A stretch of DNA of 64,000 bases from Styela clava (lineage: Eukaryota). Positions 51,962-64,000 of this stretch are shown here, one piece after another; within the stretch, counting starts at the first letter, position 1; the number at the start of each line of letters is the position of its first letter. Below the pieces are notes generated by a model. It had not been told where the DNA came from and made no database searches. It saw only the letters and a program-made list of their open reading frames with translations. The translations under genes were made by a program, and so were the position numbers. The stretch covers positions 16,244,001 through 16,308,000 of the forward strand of contig NC_135261.1 in assembly GCF_964204865.1 (NCBI RefSeq). The letters run 5' to 3'.

Positions 51962-54900
51962 TTATACTGTTGTCTGTTGCTTTGGTAACTCTTTGGAGGG
52001 TGTATCAACGTCCGTCGATCGTTGTATCGTTGTTTCTTTCTGGAAAAGCAGTCTGAGAACTTTTTTTGTTTCTGCTCTCATGGCACTGTGTAAAAATATT
52101 AAATGAAGTGAAATATATGCAAACTACATCTTGGTAAATTAATTATCATTGGTAGCAGTCCAACCCTCCCCAGCGATTATTTATTATAGCCTTCTTATAG
52201 ACATAGTTACAACGCGTAACTTTTTCAAAGACAGCTTAAGCTTAATGCCTTAATGAATTCGAAATGTATATCAATGCGTAATATTACCTGGATGCTAGAT
52301 TGTAGAAAATAGGATTGAGACATTCCGAGATTCTCACGAGCATGTGTGCCGCCATAGAATGCTGCCATAATAATCTACCATGATATCCTTGCCCCTGAAG
52401 TCTTGGCCACGAGACAACCATTATTCGATATACTAAAAAAATGTTAATGTTGTTAAAATATGCTACAGGTAGTATGTAGTATTTTACTATAATGATTCGC
52501 TAAAAGCAAGATGAAGCGCACTCACTCAAAAGCAAACGAAATTCACCTCTGCTGGGTCACTGTAAAAGTAAATAATGGCTTCTCCCATTTTGGTCCAATA
52601 TTATGTTGTTGTTTTTCTTGTTTATTGACACGTTTTTAAAAAGTCGCTTTCCTCTTTGATTACTGGACCAATTGCTTTGAAATTTTCAGTAGTGAAAGAT
52701 TTTTTTGTCAGAATGCTATTGCTTTTACTTATTTCAAAAATTTCTGTGGACCTCAAGTGATTCCTTTTTTTATGTGTCAGAATAAAAAATAGCGACCCCT
52801 TGTGACGTGTCCATATATTTGAGCATAGCTATCTTGTTGTATTTTATTCTGTCATTCGAAACCGATTTTGAAGTACATTTTACATCAAGTTTCAAGGTTG
52901 CGTTTGCTTTTGATAACATTGTGTTGGACAGTTTTGGAGTTTCAGTAAATGAGTTAAACCAGTGCTTTCTAACCGCCGGTCCGATAAGCGTTTATGCCGG
53001 TCCGCGAGAAATTTCGTTTTGTTGTTTTTCTGCCGTCTCAATCTCTTTACCAAAGACGAAGTAACGTTGGTTTATTAAGCAAATTCTCTTCCAAGGTCAT
53101 ATTGCTGTTTGATAAGTGCGGTACTAATGGCCCGGCGACGTCTTGGCGCCGAGTAATCACACTTTTCGCTTTTTCGGTTCCTATTCATCACGAAAGCGCT
53201 CCGTCGAAGCTCGAAAGATATAGAAACCTGAGAATCAGCATGCGTGCTTTTCCGCTCTGCTTTTCTTGATTAATATTACCACCCAAATAAAATGTTATGA
53301 ATATTAGTATGTTTAAACTAGAAAACGGTCAAGAACAGTATAATATTCCAGAGCTTCGCCTCGACATCCAGCAAGATATGAACTTGTTGCGACCCTTCAG
53401 GTGGTTACGAAACGCGCAACAAAAGCCTGGGCCGCTGAAATCTTTTCCATGTGATGCACAGCAGGATTTTGAGCCTGGTGCCAAGTACGTAACGACTTTA
53501 TCATTGTAATATGAATTCATTTTGTTTGCGGCGTCGATCAATTGCAGAGAGATAAATATGATGAACCCGATTAAACATCTACTTTACAGTCCAGATTTGA
53601 AAAAGAATCACTGTAACAATTCTCGAGCTCTCTTGATAACAAATACCCATCGCTAAGTAATCGAGCAATCAAACTGTTGTCCGAATTTTCAACCAGTTAC
53701 TTATACGAAAAAACTTTTTCAGCACTAGCTTCAATTAAAACGAACGAATTTTGATGCCTTGTTTGCAATACTGTAATGGAAACGAATCCACTGATTTAAA
53801 CGGTGGTTAATCTACCACACACGAACCTTTTTAGAAAAAAACGATAAAAATAACAAGTTTTAAAAATTTGGCAACATATTTTTAAAAGAAACGGATGAAA
53901 ATAAGCCTAGCAAATCTATAGTTCATATTTATTTATATATAGGATGATCATTTTTTCTTACCTATATCAGGCAAGTATCCAATCAGAAATGAAGCAAGAA
54001 TTAATGAAAGTTGTAATAGAGCGAAATTCTCTTTTTTGACATCAGTGTTCGATCTGGTATCTGTCAAAAGAAAATATAACAAATACTCAATATAACGACT
54101 ATCTCAAAAAAGTAAAATAATGCTTCCTAAAATCGAAAATCACACAAAACCTACATGTGAAAGTATAATTCTGCTTGTTTGAGCGAGGACACGCTCTAAT
54201 ATAAAAGTGGACATTTTTTGATTAGGTTTACTGTGACCGGTCACTGACGTGCGCGTGTACCCGTGAACTCACAACAAAGAAAAATGTTGCTCGTATTTCC
54301 CCGCGCTATTCAACTAACGCTGGTTACGAGCCTTTTAATGTTAAACAGTCATAATAAAATTTGCAATAGCTTGCTCCATCATGGCTTATTATAAATATTG
54401 ACCGTAATTGGGGCCTGTTTCTATAGGACTACTCTGTTATTGCATTTTTAAGTCCCCACAGTTGAATAATTCTTTACCTTTTATACTTTTTCTCCTTGTG
54501 GCTACCAGGATTACGAGATAAAATGTAAGCAGAGCAACGGCACATATTGGAAAGTACAGAAGTATCGGAAATGCGATAAACATACATCGCCGTACGTGAA
54601 TTAGCCTGAAATCAAGCAAATGTAATATTTTGTGTATTTGTATACATACTACACGGTAATTTAGAATTCGTCCATGAATATTTATAATAAATCGAACGTA
54701 ATCACAACCTTAATGCTGAGAAGAAATTAACAAAATTTCTCTGGTCTGTTTATCGTGAATATGTTCGAACTTTTCGGGAAACCTATAATTAAAAATTGGT
54801 AATAGGTTTTTATTGCGGTAAACCTGATCTGAGCTACTTTTTATGTAGTATAACAATCCAAACCATGAAATAAGAGCTAAAAATTTGTTTCATTGAATTG

Positions 54901-56526
54901 AATCATCACCTTCATTGAATTCAGAAAAAAAACGCAGAAAAGCGCAACGGAACCAAGTCAATACCATTTTCTTTTTGTCTCATGTGTCAGAAATAGTTTA
55001 AGAATGTATATATATCAACTATTAAAGGATTTATAATATAGATGATACTAACTTTGCAAATGGAGAAGTACAAGCATTTATAAATGTATTTAAATTCGAT
55101 GGAAGTACCGTAGGAAACCAAAAGTAGAAGACAAAGTTTGCTAAAAACGTCTCCACCCAAATTCCCAATGCAAGTATCTAAAGGAGATAAAACAGAAAAA
55201 ATTATTTTCTTCCAAACATGCTTTCAAGTTGAGGATTTAAAACTAATGAAGCAAGAGGTTTACCTTCACTATATAAGGTGTGATCTTTTTCAGTCGATGG
55301 GGAAATTTTATTCCGATTATTCGTAAGATTACAAACACCAAAATATGTTGAATGGTCACGTTGCTCGTCCAAAAATCAACAGCTAGTGTTGTCTGAAATT
55401 TGATATTTATAAGTTATACTGTTCAAAAAAGTACAAATGGTTTGAAAAGAAAAATTACGTTATGGTCTACCATAAATGTAAAACAAATTTAACGTATGAG
55501 CTACAATATCTTACAGAAGAAAACTGGAAGAGAATATTTGAAGTATCCAAAGGTTCGACGATACAGCACAAATGGACTGTAGCATGCTGATAAAAAATCA
55601 GAAACACAGAGACTCATCAACATAATGTTAAATGGAGATCTGAATTGAAAACAATTAGAACAATGAACTTGAAATCAAATATCGGGATTACGTTTCGTAT
55701 TATAAAAGTATTTGGGATTAGCAGTTTTGCAGGCAAATCGAGCTGTATGCTTTCGCTTGTAGAAAACGTTGTTCCAATTAAGCAGATATAATCTACGTTC
55801 ACCTTCGCCAGCCAAGTATGCCAGCGTTCGGTCAAATATTTGTTTCATTAACTTGTATATGTAAATATGTATATAAAATCATATGCTTTAGGACTCTTAT
55901 GAAAGTCTTTCGTGTTATTAAGAGAAGCAAAATATAATAATATTACTTTTTCAACTTATCTGATCCAGCAATTACAAAGAATGGCACAGCATTTGCAAAA
56001 ATTCCAAACACCGAAAACAAGCCAACGAATACAAGATTATTCCTTCAGAATATGTGAAAAGTTGTTTATCCAGATTTCCTCTAAAATAATAAATATATAT
56101 ATTAATCCATTTCGTTTCAAACGCCCACTTGAGCAAGATGAATTAAATCAAGCGTCGGGCGAACGATTGTGATACAAAAATAATTAAATTATATACAATT
56201 TAATGTCCATGTTGCTAATTTAATTGCGGTGAAAACGTATATTTATAGACACAAAGATCAAAAACGTATAAAGATAGGAAATTATTCATTATGGAGACGT
56301 CTTGGAAACAGAGTGAACTGCTCAGATTTGTATTCTCGTGGTTGGTATTGTACTTAGATACCAAGTTAAAGAAACGGAACATTTACTAAATATAATATAG
56401 TTCGTGGACCTCAAAGTACAATCCTTGTTAGAAAATCACTTACGTTATGTTAGCTCTCTCAGTTGTAAAATTATCCGAGATTGTTGTCTTTTTGTCATCC
56501 CAGTAACTAATAGAAACATTCTCCAT
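51962..56526 (-). pseudogene. GPCR paralog copy 2: full-length but apparently disabled
   Basis: Exons 56526-56444 (MENVSISYW..), 56070-55947 (TM1 GIFAN, frameshifted), 55639-55510 (SLCVSD..FCK; donor GT>AT at 55508-55509), 55392-55264 (DFWTS..ILRI), 55177-55109 (IWVET), 54605-54478 (FPILLYFP), 54060-53962 (GYLPD), 52432-52288 (CLNPIFY), 52085-51962. No intact ECL2 exon found. Confidence 0.85.
52961..53800 (+). mobile_element. Degraded hAT (Buster/Charlie-like) transposon in an intron of GPCR copy 2
   Basis: Start CAGTGCTTTCTAACCGCCGGTCCG; remnant YPSLSNRAIKLLSEFSTSYLYEKTFSALASIK at about 53640-53740. Right end not seen. Confidence 0.7.
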
Positions 56527-57039
56527 CGTTTTTTTATTGTTGTCAGTTTCCGCTCTTCACAAATTTACTTTATTACAACACAGTAAAAATAAAACATTAG
56601 AACATTACAAAAATGCTAGAAGTGAGAGTCGTTAAATAACTGAAGAAATATTTGTTGTGGGGTTTAAATATATAGGATGTTATGAAATAGGCAAGTAAAG
56701 GTAATTGCAATCAATTTAATTTGATGCTTAGTTAATATATATATATATATTGATTTAGGGTTATGGAATACCAAGCTGTAAATGAATTTTAAAATGCCGT
56801 ATATATAATTACCGAGATTTACTATCAATGATTATTTCAATTTAATTTCAATAATACCTAATTATACGACAAAGCTTTCACGATACTAACAAAATTTGGA
56901 TACGATTGGAGATTATATATGCAATACCTTCAAGTAAATATAATAATAACATTGACATGCTACTTTAATTCGGTAATCAGTAGTTTATTTCAGGTAACAC
57001 ATATTCAATTTATTGATGGATTTACGCCATAGTTGACAT

Positions 57040-57790
57040 TTCTATGATAACAGGATGTGAACAAATAATAAAACAAAATGATTTTGGCCACACTATCCTA
57101 TCAAATGTGCAACGATGCACCAAAATCCAGCAAGTGAAAGTCTCCATTTCACTCTACTGAGTTATATAAACCAAAGATGAATATCAAAACTACATTTAAT
57201 ATTCCTCTCTAGTTAGCTGTTATATATTTCATCTTTTGGTGAAGTAATTTTGTTTTGGCAAGTATGTGAATCCTGCTATCATTAATAATCTTGCTATAAA
57301 CGTTCCGAGCATTTTCTAAGCATAATAGCTGGGTGTACTATATAGGCTGCTATCACGGAAAGATTTATGTTATGAAATGTGGTCAAACCATGATACGCTA
57401 GCATAATATGCATGCCTATGTTCATAATTCATTGCTGTTGCGCTTATTTTTTGTATGACTCTGAAATATTCTTTTCATTTTTCAGCGTCTTATAAAACTT
57501 TATTTATTGTAATTATTGGAAAATGTCTACAGTTTTGCAAATATTCCGGTTAGAGGTGATAGCAATGTGTATATATATAAATAGAATTTCATTCAGACCC
57601 CATAGTCAGAATAACAGAAGATAAAATGGTTGACAATTTGGGGCCAAACGGTTGCTGGATAACACATCTAACAAAGAATTAGGGTGTTTAATGTACTGAC
57701 AAAAGGTAAAGACGGTGGCGCAATATTCTCGGCGTTCACGAGTGCACTGAAACAAATAAGTGGCTAATGTAACCGGACGATTGGCAGTGG
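57040..57790 (+). pseudogene. Duplicated fragment of the UNC50 final codons and 3' UTR
   Basis: TTCTATGATAACAGGATGTGAACA..TATCAAATGTGCAACGATGCACCAAAATCCAGCAA.. matches 42815-43570. Confidence 0.85.
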
Positions 57791-57902
57791 TACCGGTACC
57801 CCATAAGGTTGAACCGTCGTATCGACCTTTCTCTCCCCGGGATAAGTATGAAAATCGTATATTCTGTGTCGTAAGGTTAGATTGTCAATGAAGACATTTT
57901 TG

Positions 57903-58006
57903 GGACCTCCTGAAGTATGCGTATCAAGATGGCGCACAACCTGAACTCAGGTTGTGGACCAGGTTCAGGTTACGCGACATCTTGGTGCGCATACTTCAGG
58001 AGTACC
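57903..58006. mobile_element. 104-bp hairpin MITE (Merlin-like family)
   Basis: Near-perfect palindrome GGACCTCCTGAAGTATGCG..CGCATACTTCAGGAGTACC; perfect TSD CATTTTTG; empty site (single CATTTTTG) at about 50192 in the paralogous unit. Confidence 0.88.
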
Positions 58007-59164
58007 CATTTTTGTACTAGGCCTCAATTTGAGTTTTGGCAACTTTCGGAATTTCTAACCTTTGTATTTGCCATAGTTATTGTAATTTTTTTATACCATT
58101 TCGGAGTTTGAAATAATTTACCTGTTGAGATGAATTCGAAGATAATGACGATGCGGTACGTCATGGGCATGGGATGGTAGGCTACCTTATAAATTACTGT
58201 GTTTGTGTTGTTTTCATTCAATATTTCCTCCGCTTGAACTGCTTCATTCCCCCCACAAATATTGAACACTTTTATACAAATCCTCAGTCTGCTTATTCTA
58301 CTCGGTCCAGCGCCTTTGTATAAAATGCTATAGCCTATATAACCTGCTCAAATTACCACGGGACAGATGACCCGCGGATTCTAGTAAAACGTTTTTATCT
58401 GTAACTTTGAGTTTTGGATTTGCTCAGTTGCAAAACCTTTTGTAACTAATACAAATTTCGGTCGTAAACTCGAATAAGTCCTGATGTATTAAATGGTAGT
58501 TGAATTTCAGATGGTCAAAAATTGCAATGTTGTAAGAAAATACAGTATTCAAATTCTACTATTTTGCATGGCGATGGGACGAAGAGAGGGAGACATCGGA
58601 ATTACGCCAAAGGTATAATATTGCTGAAATCGAACTGTTTAGTGATGATTGAATTAATAGTAGTTTAAAATCACACTGGTATATATATAAAATAAAAGTC
58701 AAGTATGCCTGCTTTTTTGCTGTAAAAAGTGACGACTTTAACAACTAAAGCATATGTACGAGTAGTGAAGAAGCATAGGGGTTAGGTATATGGAAACCAC
58801 TGACGTGACCTTATGACGTAAGAATGTCTTACTACTGTCGCGTACTTCGACTGGGTGCAGCTAGCTAAGCGAAAATGGAATTTAACTCGGATTGGTATCA
58901 ATATGTTGTTCTTCATGAATTGGAAATTGAATTGGAAACCTATGGTGATACTGAAAATGAGACGATATATATATATATTTATATATATACACATATTCTA
59001 GTATAATGGGTAAATAATAATTTTGCACCGTAATCTGTGAAATTGCGATTTTATGATAATCAGTAGGCTACCTAACTAATAGAGTTTAATGCTTTTAGGG
59101 CCAAAGCAACAAGCAATGAATGTAGTTAACTTGATAGTTCATGGATTTTCTGCATCGGTAAAGT

Positions 59165-59519
59165 CAGGGGTGGACAACTTCTCTAGTCGGCGGGCCAGAT
59201 GTGAAAAAATGAAGTTCTCGGCGGGCCGGATTATTACAAAAATACTTCGGTATCCAATATTCATTAAATGCTAAACACTCTTAGTCAACTTTACGTTTCT
59301 TGGGATATTCCATGGTTAATAAAACTTAATATAAAATCTAATTTCTAAAAATCTATTTATATTTAGAATATAAATATAACTGATATCAGCAGTGGGGAAT
59401 GTTTACAACGCTCTCTGCTTTGACCTTATATTGTTTGTTTAACAAGTGTGCTAGGGCAATTGTTTATTTCACCAGCTCGCATGGGACCCGGCCCGCGGGC
59501 CGTATGTTGCCCACCCATG
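59165..59519. mobile_element. hAT-type MITE
   Basis: Ends CAGGGGTGGACAAC / GTTGCCCACCCATG; GCGGGCC motifs; TSD GGTAAAGT/GGTTAAGT. Confidence 0.75.
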
Positions 59520-61088
59520 GGTTAAGTATTTTGAATAAAAACAATGGTTTCGAAAATGTAGACCGATTTAAAAACACTCATTGAAAATACCATCGTCGAA
59601 ATAGGCACCAAATATTTTCAATGTTCAATTAAATTATTATACCCATCTTATAGTAAACAACATTTGAGCTAAAAGGTTGGATTGATATACCTACCGTTGA
59701 TTTATTATTCCTCTTTTAATGGGCTACAGGTAACGAGTTTATCAGAAGGAGAAGTTTGGCTAATGATTTATGTTCAAATGTTGTAAATGAATGTCTTTCT
59801 CTCACGTTTCTCTAATTGTTAACCCGGTTTCTTTCACGAGTACGAGTAGAAGATTGTAAAATTTCACTTGTGCAGTCTTTATCTTATTATTCTAGTTTTA
59901 TTTGGTCACCTTTTGCCAACAAGCAAAAACTTTTGCGGAAAGAATAACTTACATGAAGTGCCTTGTATTATCATTTCATGCTCTCGAACTATCTTCAGTT
60001 GCTTCATTTCATGTGGATTTAATCCTTGAATATATTTGCTATTATACATTAAATTCTATAATCTAATTGCTCCATGTGTCATAATGGCCATGTTTTATTG
60101 TTAGTGAAAAACTTGTGAAAACTTATGTTTCGTTTCAATTTTGTTTTGAAGAAAAAATATTGTTTTGATTTCAGCAATGTTTCGTAACTGCCCAACCCTG
60201 ATGATCACAATGGTGCCAACAATATGAACTTCTTTGAACTTTCCACCCAACCAAAATTCAGCTGTATCCCTCATTGAAAAGCTTCTTTGTGATTATTTTT
60301 TATCACAATAACATAAAAACCTTACGCGTTTTCATTTTTTAAAAATATATTTCACACTATACACGGGCAACATAGAATACATTTAAGTCTATCGTGGTCA
60401 TTAATCAGGCAATAGTTTCATTTTAGATTTTGAAAACGCACAAAAACACGATAGCAATACTCAAATACATGAATACAACGACCCAGTGGTTAGTCAATCG
60501 TTTTCTAATAATTTAAAGGCTTAGAATCCGAATTTTGTAATCGAGTCCCACCGCTAAGGCAATTCAATTCATTACCCACTAGACGCTCATCGTTAAGGTA
60601 AAGCGAAAGAGCACTGACTTCGATTTTGCTGAAAAGATCGACGCACAGGCGTGGCGAAGGAGATCAAACATAATAAAATAAAACGTATTCTTTTCGAATT
60701 AAACAAACAGCAAACTATTTACTAAATATAGGGCCCCATAATACACAGATAAAATTTGAAAAAATAATAAAAACAACTTCTAGCGGCATCATCCATTATC
60801 GAGTGCTGGAAAATAAACTTAAAATCGATTGGTGCATTAGTGACGTTAAAAAAATTACTTAACAACAATCACCCTCACAACAACAGCGACAACAACAACA
60901 ATTTAACAAAACGATCTATAGGTCTACTCCTTGCCCAAACAATGGTTTATAAATGATTTGAAGTATGTCTAACGTGAACATTCTCTAAATTGATTAAATG
61001 AATGATGCTCAATATTCTAATTTACATGTATATATATAATTTTTGCTGATGCATTTGAGTTTAATTCACTTTAAATTTCAATATTCCG

Positions 61089-61676
61089 AACGAGAATATC
61101 GCTCAGAGACCGAAGACTTATCGATCGAAAGTTAGGGGATCCCCAAAACAGCGCTCCTACTCCATAGTGACACCTTGTGTCCCAACACAAATTAAATAAT
61201 AACTCGCTTATTATACTGCATAATTCATCCTAAATCAATAGGCTTCTGGTACGACATATTATGAATGCACATGCAAAATCTGGAGCAGATTCAATCTCGC
61301 TTTCGTGAGATATCGCGTGCATCTAACAGACAGACAAATACCTATCAACATACTTAGCGATCAAAATCGATAGGTAATAAGTACATAGATGAAACGATAT
61401 TGGGTTTATTACTTATCGATCTTTAGAGGTATTTGTCTGTCTTTCTGTTAGATGCACGCGATATCTCACGGGAGCGATTTTTTTATCTCACTCCAAATTT
61501 TGCATGTACATTCATCTTATCTCGGACCAGAAGCCTATTGATTTTGAATGAATTATGTCGTATAATTAGCGAGTTATCAATTAATTAGTGATGGGACACG
61601 CGGTGTCACTATAGAGTCATGGATCGAAACCACAGTTTCGATCGATAATCTTCGGTCTCCGACCGATATTATCGTT
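61089..61676. mobile_element. Two oppositely oriented ~270-290 bp Helentron/DINE-1-like elements (61089-61377, 61409-61676)
   Basis: The two are mutual reverse complements, with a (CAGA)n microsatellite and terminal hairpin, sit in TT/AA runs without a TSD, and are absent from paralogous units. Third partial copy at 62676-62865. The class assignment is inference. Confidence 0.7.
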
Positions 61677-61980
61677 TTATACATTAGCGGCAAATAGTGA
61701 GGCTTAACAGAGGATATGTTGTCGGAATGAGAACTTTAGTCAACAACGGGGTGGACTATATTCGACAGCTAATGTAAAATATCCATTATATGAATAAAAT
61801 GCAATGTCACTATATTACTTTAAAGTATAATTTGATATCTCACATTAAAACACAGCAACTGCGATTCCTGGGAATTAAAATTACCGATTTCATCATCCAG
61901 CACAGTTAGTAATTAATTCTAGATAGGCAAAAAGTAATTGGATGTGTACGAAGCAGTACGATAAACTTTGTTGCCATGTG

Positions 61981-62448
61981 TTATACTGTTGTCTGCTGCT
62001 TTGATGACTCTTTGGTGTGTGTATTAACGTCCGCCGACCTTTGTATCGTTGTTTCTTCTTTTCGGAAAAGCCGTTTGAGAACTGTTCTTGTTTCTGCTCT
62101 CATGGCACTGTGTAAAATTATGAACTGAAGTGAAATATATGTAAACCATATCTTGGTAAATTAATTATTATTGGTAGCAGTCCAACCCTCCCCAGCGATT
62201 ATCTCTTATAAACTTTTCATAGACATAGTTACAATGCGTAACTTTTTTGAAGACAGCTTAATGCCTTAATGAATTTGAAATGTACATGAATGTGTAATAT
62301 TACCTGGATGCTAGATTGTAGAAAATAGGGTTGAGACATTCCGAGATTCTCAAAAGCATGTGTGCCGCCATGGAATGCTGCCATGGTACTCTACCGTGAT
62401 ATCCCTTTCCATAAAGTCTTGGCCACGAGATAGCCATTATTCGATATA
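61981..62448 (-). CDS. GPCR paralog copy 3, last two exons (intact; upstream exons probably beyond the window)
   Basis: Exon 62448-62304 YRIMAISWPRLYGKGYHGRVPWQHSMAAHMLLRISECLNPIFYNLAS and exon 62107-61981 AMRAETRTVLKRLFRKEE..QQTTV*, with canonical splice sites and an open frame. Confidence 0.8.
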
Positions 62449-62894
62449 CTAAAAAATGTTTTAAAGTTGTTAAAATGAGCTACAAGTAGTATGCGGTATT
62501 TTACTATAACGATTCGCGTAAAGAAAGATGAAGCGCACTCACTCATAAACAAAGGAAATTCACCTCTGCATAGTGTCTCTGTATATGATGTCTGAGCCGT
62601 CATTTTATTTATTGCTATTTATCGCCTTATTGTGGTGCTTTTTATTATTGCGCAAGTTTATATGGCGGTCGCGCCTTACTCGCTAATTATACGACATAAT
62701 TTAATCAATAGGCCTCTGGTCCGAGATATGATGAATGCACATGCAAAATTTGGAGCAGATTCAACCTCGCCTTCGTGAGATATCGCGTTCATCTAACAGA
62801 CAAACAAACAGACAGACAGACAAATACCTATCAACATACTTACCGATCTTAAGATCGATAGATAACAACCCCGATCAGTGTTGAAAAATATTCT

Positions 62895-63185
62895 ATGATA
62901 ACAACAAATAAAGAAGTTGGGTCATATAATTTTTTAGCGCAACCAAACATTTTCGCACCGCTTGGGCTGTATATCACACCGAGTAACGGTCAATCACTAT
63001 CAGTGTGTTACCTGTGCAAGGCTCCTGGGCACATCGCGACTAACTTCATGGCAAAAGCAATACTATGGATCCATATTAACGTATTGGGCGAAAATGTTCG
63101 GAAAGAATGGGTAATCAAGCCAAGAACGAGAAAATTGCCTGAGCGTGTATTACAGGAATGTGGGAAAAGTGATCCTGTTTCTTGA
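62895..63185 (+). mobile_element. Possible degraded retroelement gag remnant
   Basis: CYLCKAPGHIATNF at 63006-63047 fits a C-x2-C-x4-H-x4-C zinc knuckle with the last Cys lost. Confidence 0.45.
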
Positions 63186-64000
63186 ACGGTGACAACCCGC
63201 TGAAGGTTTCGTCACGCCATGTAAATGAGTTAAATAAGTACCTCGTCTCAAAAGGGTCTCCAACATTAGAATAAAAAGCTAGCCTGTGTGAGAGATATTT
63301 CGGATACAGACCAAAGACCCGGGATAGAAATCATTGGCAAAAGAGGTCGCACTGGGACTCGCAACAAACTCAAGCTACAACCAGTGCAGCAACAGCCCCG
63401 ATTAACTATATCAACCCAACTGGACTGAACAAGAGATGCAGCAAGGCCTGGATTTAGCGGAAAACTAGTACGGAAGTTGATAGAACCTGTCCATCAACTT
63501 CCCGAAAAAACGTTACCCTGTAAATATTTTAAAAAAAATTTAAAAAACTATGAAAACCTGCATCTGTTCACTTTTTTGGGGATGCCGAAAAACCCCGATG
63601 ACATAAATTTTATTGATTTTTTTTTCGTGTGGGGGGGGGGGGGGAACTAATGTATTTAAGGGTTGATGGAAGCGGAGCCACATTTTTGCTGATACCGGTA
63701 GCGTACCAAACTTAATGACAATGGAAACATCAAAACAGGCATACCCGCAAAGTTGGGAATACCGCCCACCCCTTACCATGAGTCTAAAAGGCCTAGGCGG
63801 ATTATGTGACGACTTTTTTGTAAGGTCCGACGCGAAAGGGCAACTTATAGAGTCTAAAGTAAGTACATATCCACCAAGCGTTTCTGGCCAAGAACGGAGT
63901 TCAAAAGGTCAGATATCAAAACAAACAAAAAGTGGCCGAATCCGTAGGATAGAGCCCGAGCCCTGACTCGAGGGGTAAAGTCTTGGACTTCCAGGTTGAA

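Larger units (their letters stand above)
42815..62570. repeat. Tandem segmental triplication (units approximately 42815-50077, 50080-57030, 57040 to beyond 62570)
   Basis: Collinear matches read by eye: 42815-43570 with 57040-57810; 45596-46280 with 58070-58750; 46960-48170 with 50860-52085 and 60220-62107; 48625-50075 with 54195-55553; 50560-52550 with 59925-62570. Confidence 0.9.

Noticed and set aside
54260-54350. Plus-strand AIQLTLVTSLLML as an inverted TM6 exon
   Set aside because: The real TM6 exon is on the minus strand at 53962-54060, and this segment lacks the YLP motif.
4280-63966. Most ORFs in the supplied six-frame track as standalone genes
   Set aside because: They are short, often start at non-ATG codons and lack motifs. 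The few meaningful ones are exon read-throughs of the spliced genes or transposon remnants.
63715-63966. Coding ORF at the window end
   Set aside because: No recognisable motif; it probably belongs to repeat-derived sequence within an intron of GPCR copy 3.

Overview
AT-rich, intron-rich animal genomic DNA. Compact introns and the repeat style suggest an ascidian/tunicate, but this is inference only. Almost all entries in the ORF track are spurious; the real genes appear only after manual splicing. Left to right: (1) an intact 8-exon class A GPCR (+, 3826-9900); (2) a head-to-head pair of 9-exon paralogs encoding signal peptide + somatomedin-B + Cys-rich mini-domain + EndoU ribonuclease (-, 10685-15675; +, 20999-27583); (3) a 12-exon gene I do not recognise, with every intron in phase 0 (+, 30541-34446); (4) UNC50 (+, 37814-42834); (5) a tandem segmental triplication of [UNC50 3' tail + minus-strand GPCR paralog], giving one truncated pseudogene, one full-length disabled copy and the intact last two exons of a third copy that probably continues beyond the window. 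Interspersed are hAT-type and Merlin-like MITEs with clear 8-bp TSDs, a long-TIR element, Helentron-like elements, a tRNA-derived SINE family, degraded LINE and LTR-retrotransposon fragments and a ~195-bp tandem array. The best novelty candidates are the diverged, predicted-secreted SMB-EndoU pair with an extra conserved Cys module, the GPCR subfamily with a non-canonical charged core, and the all-phase-0 orphan gene with an AKAP-like helix.
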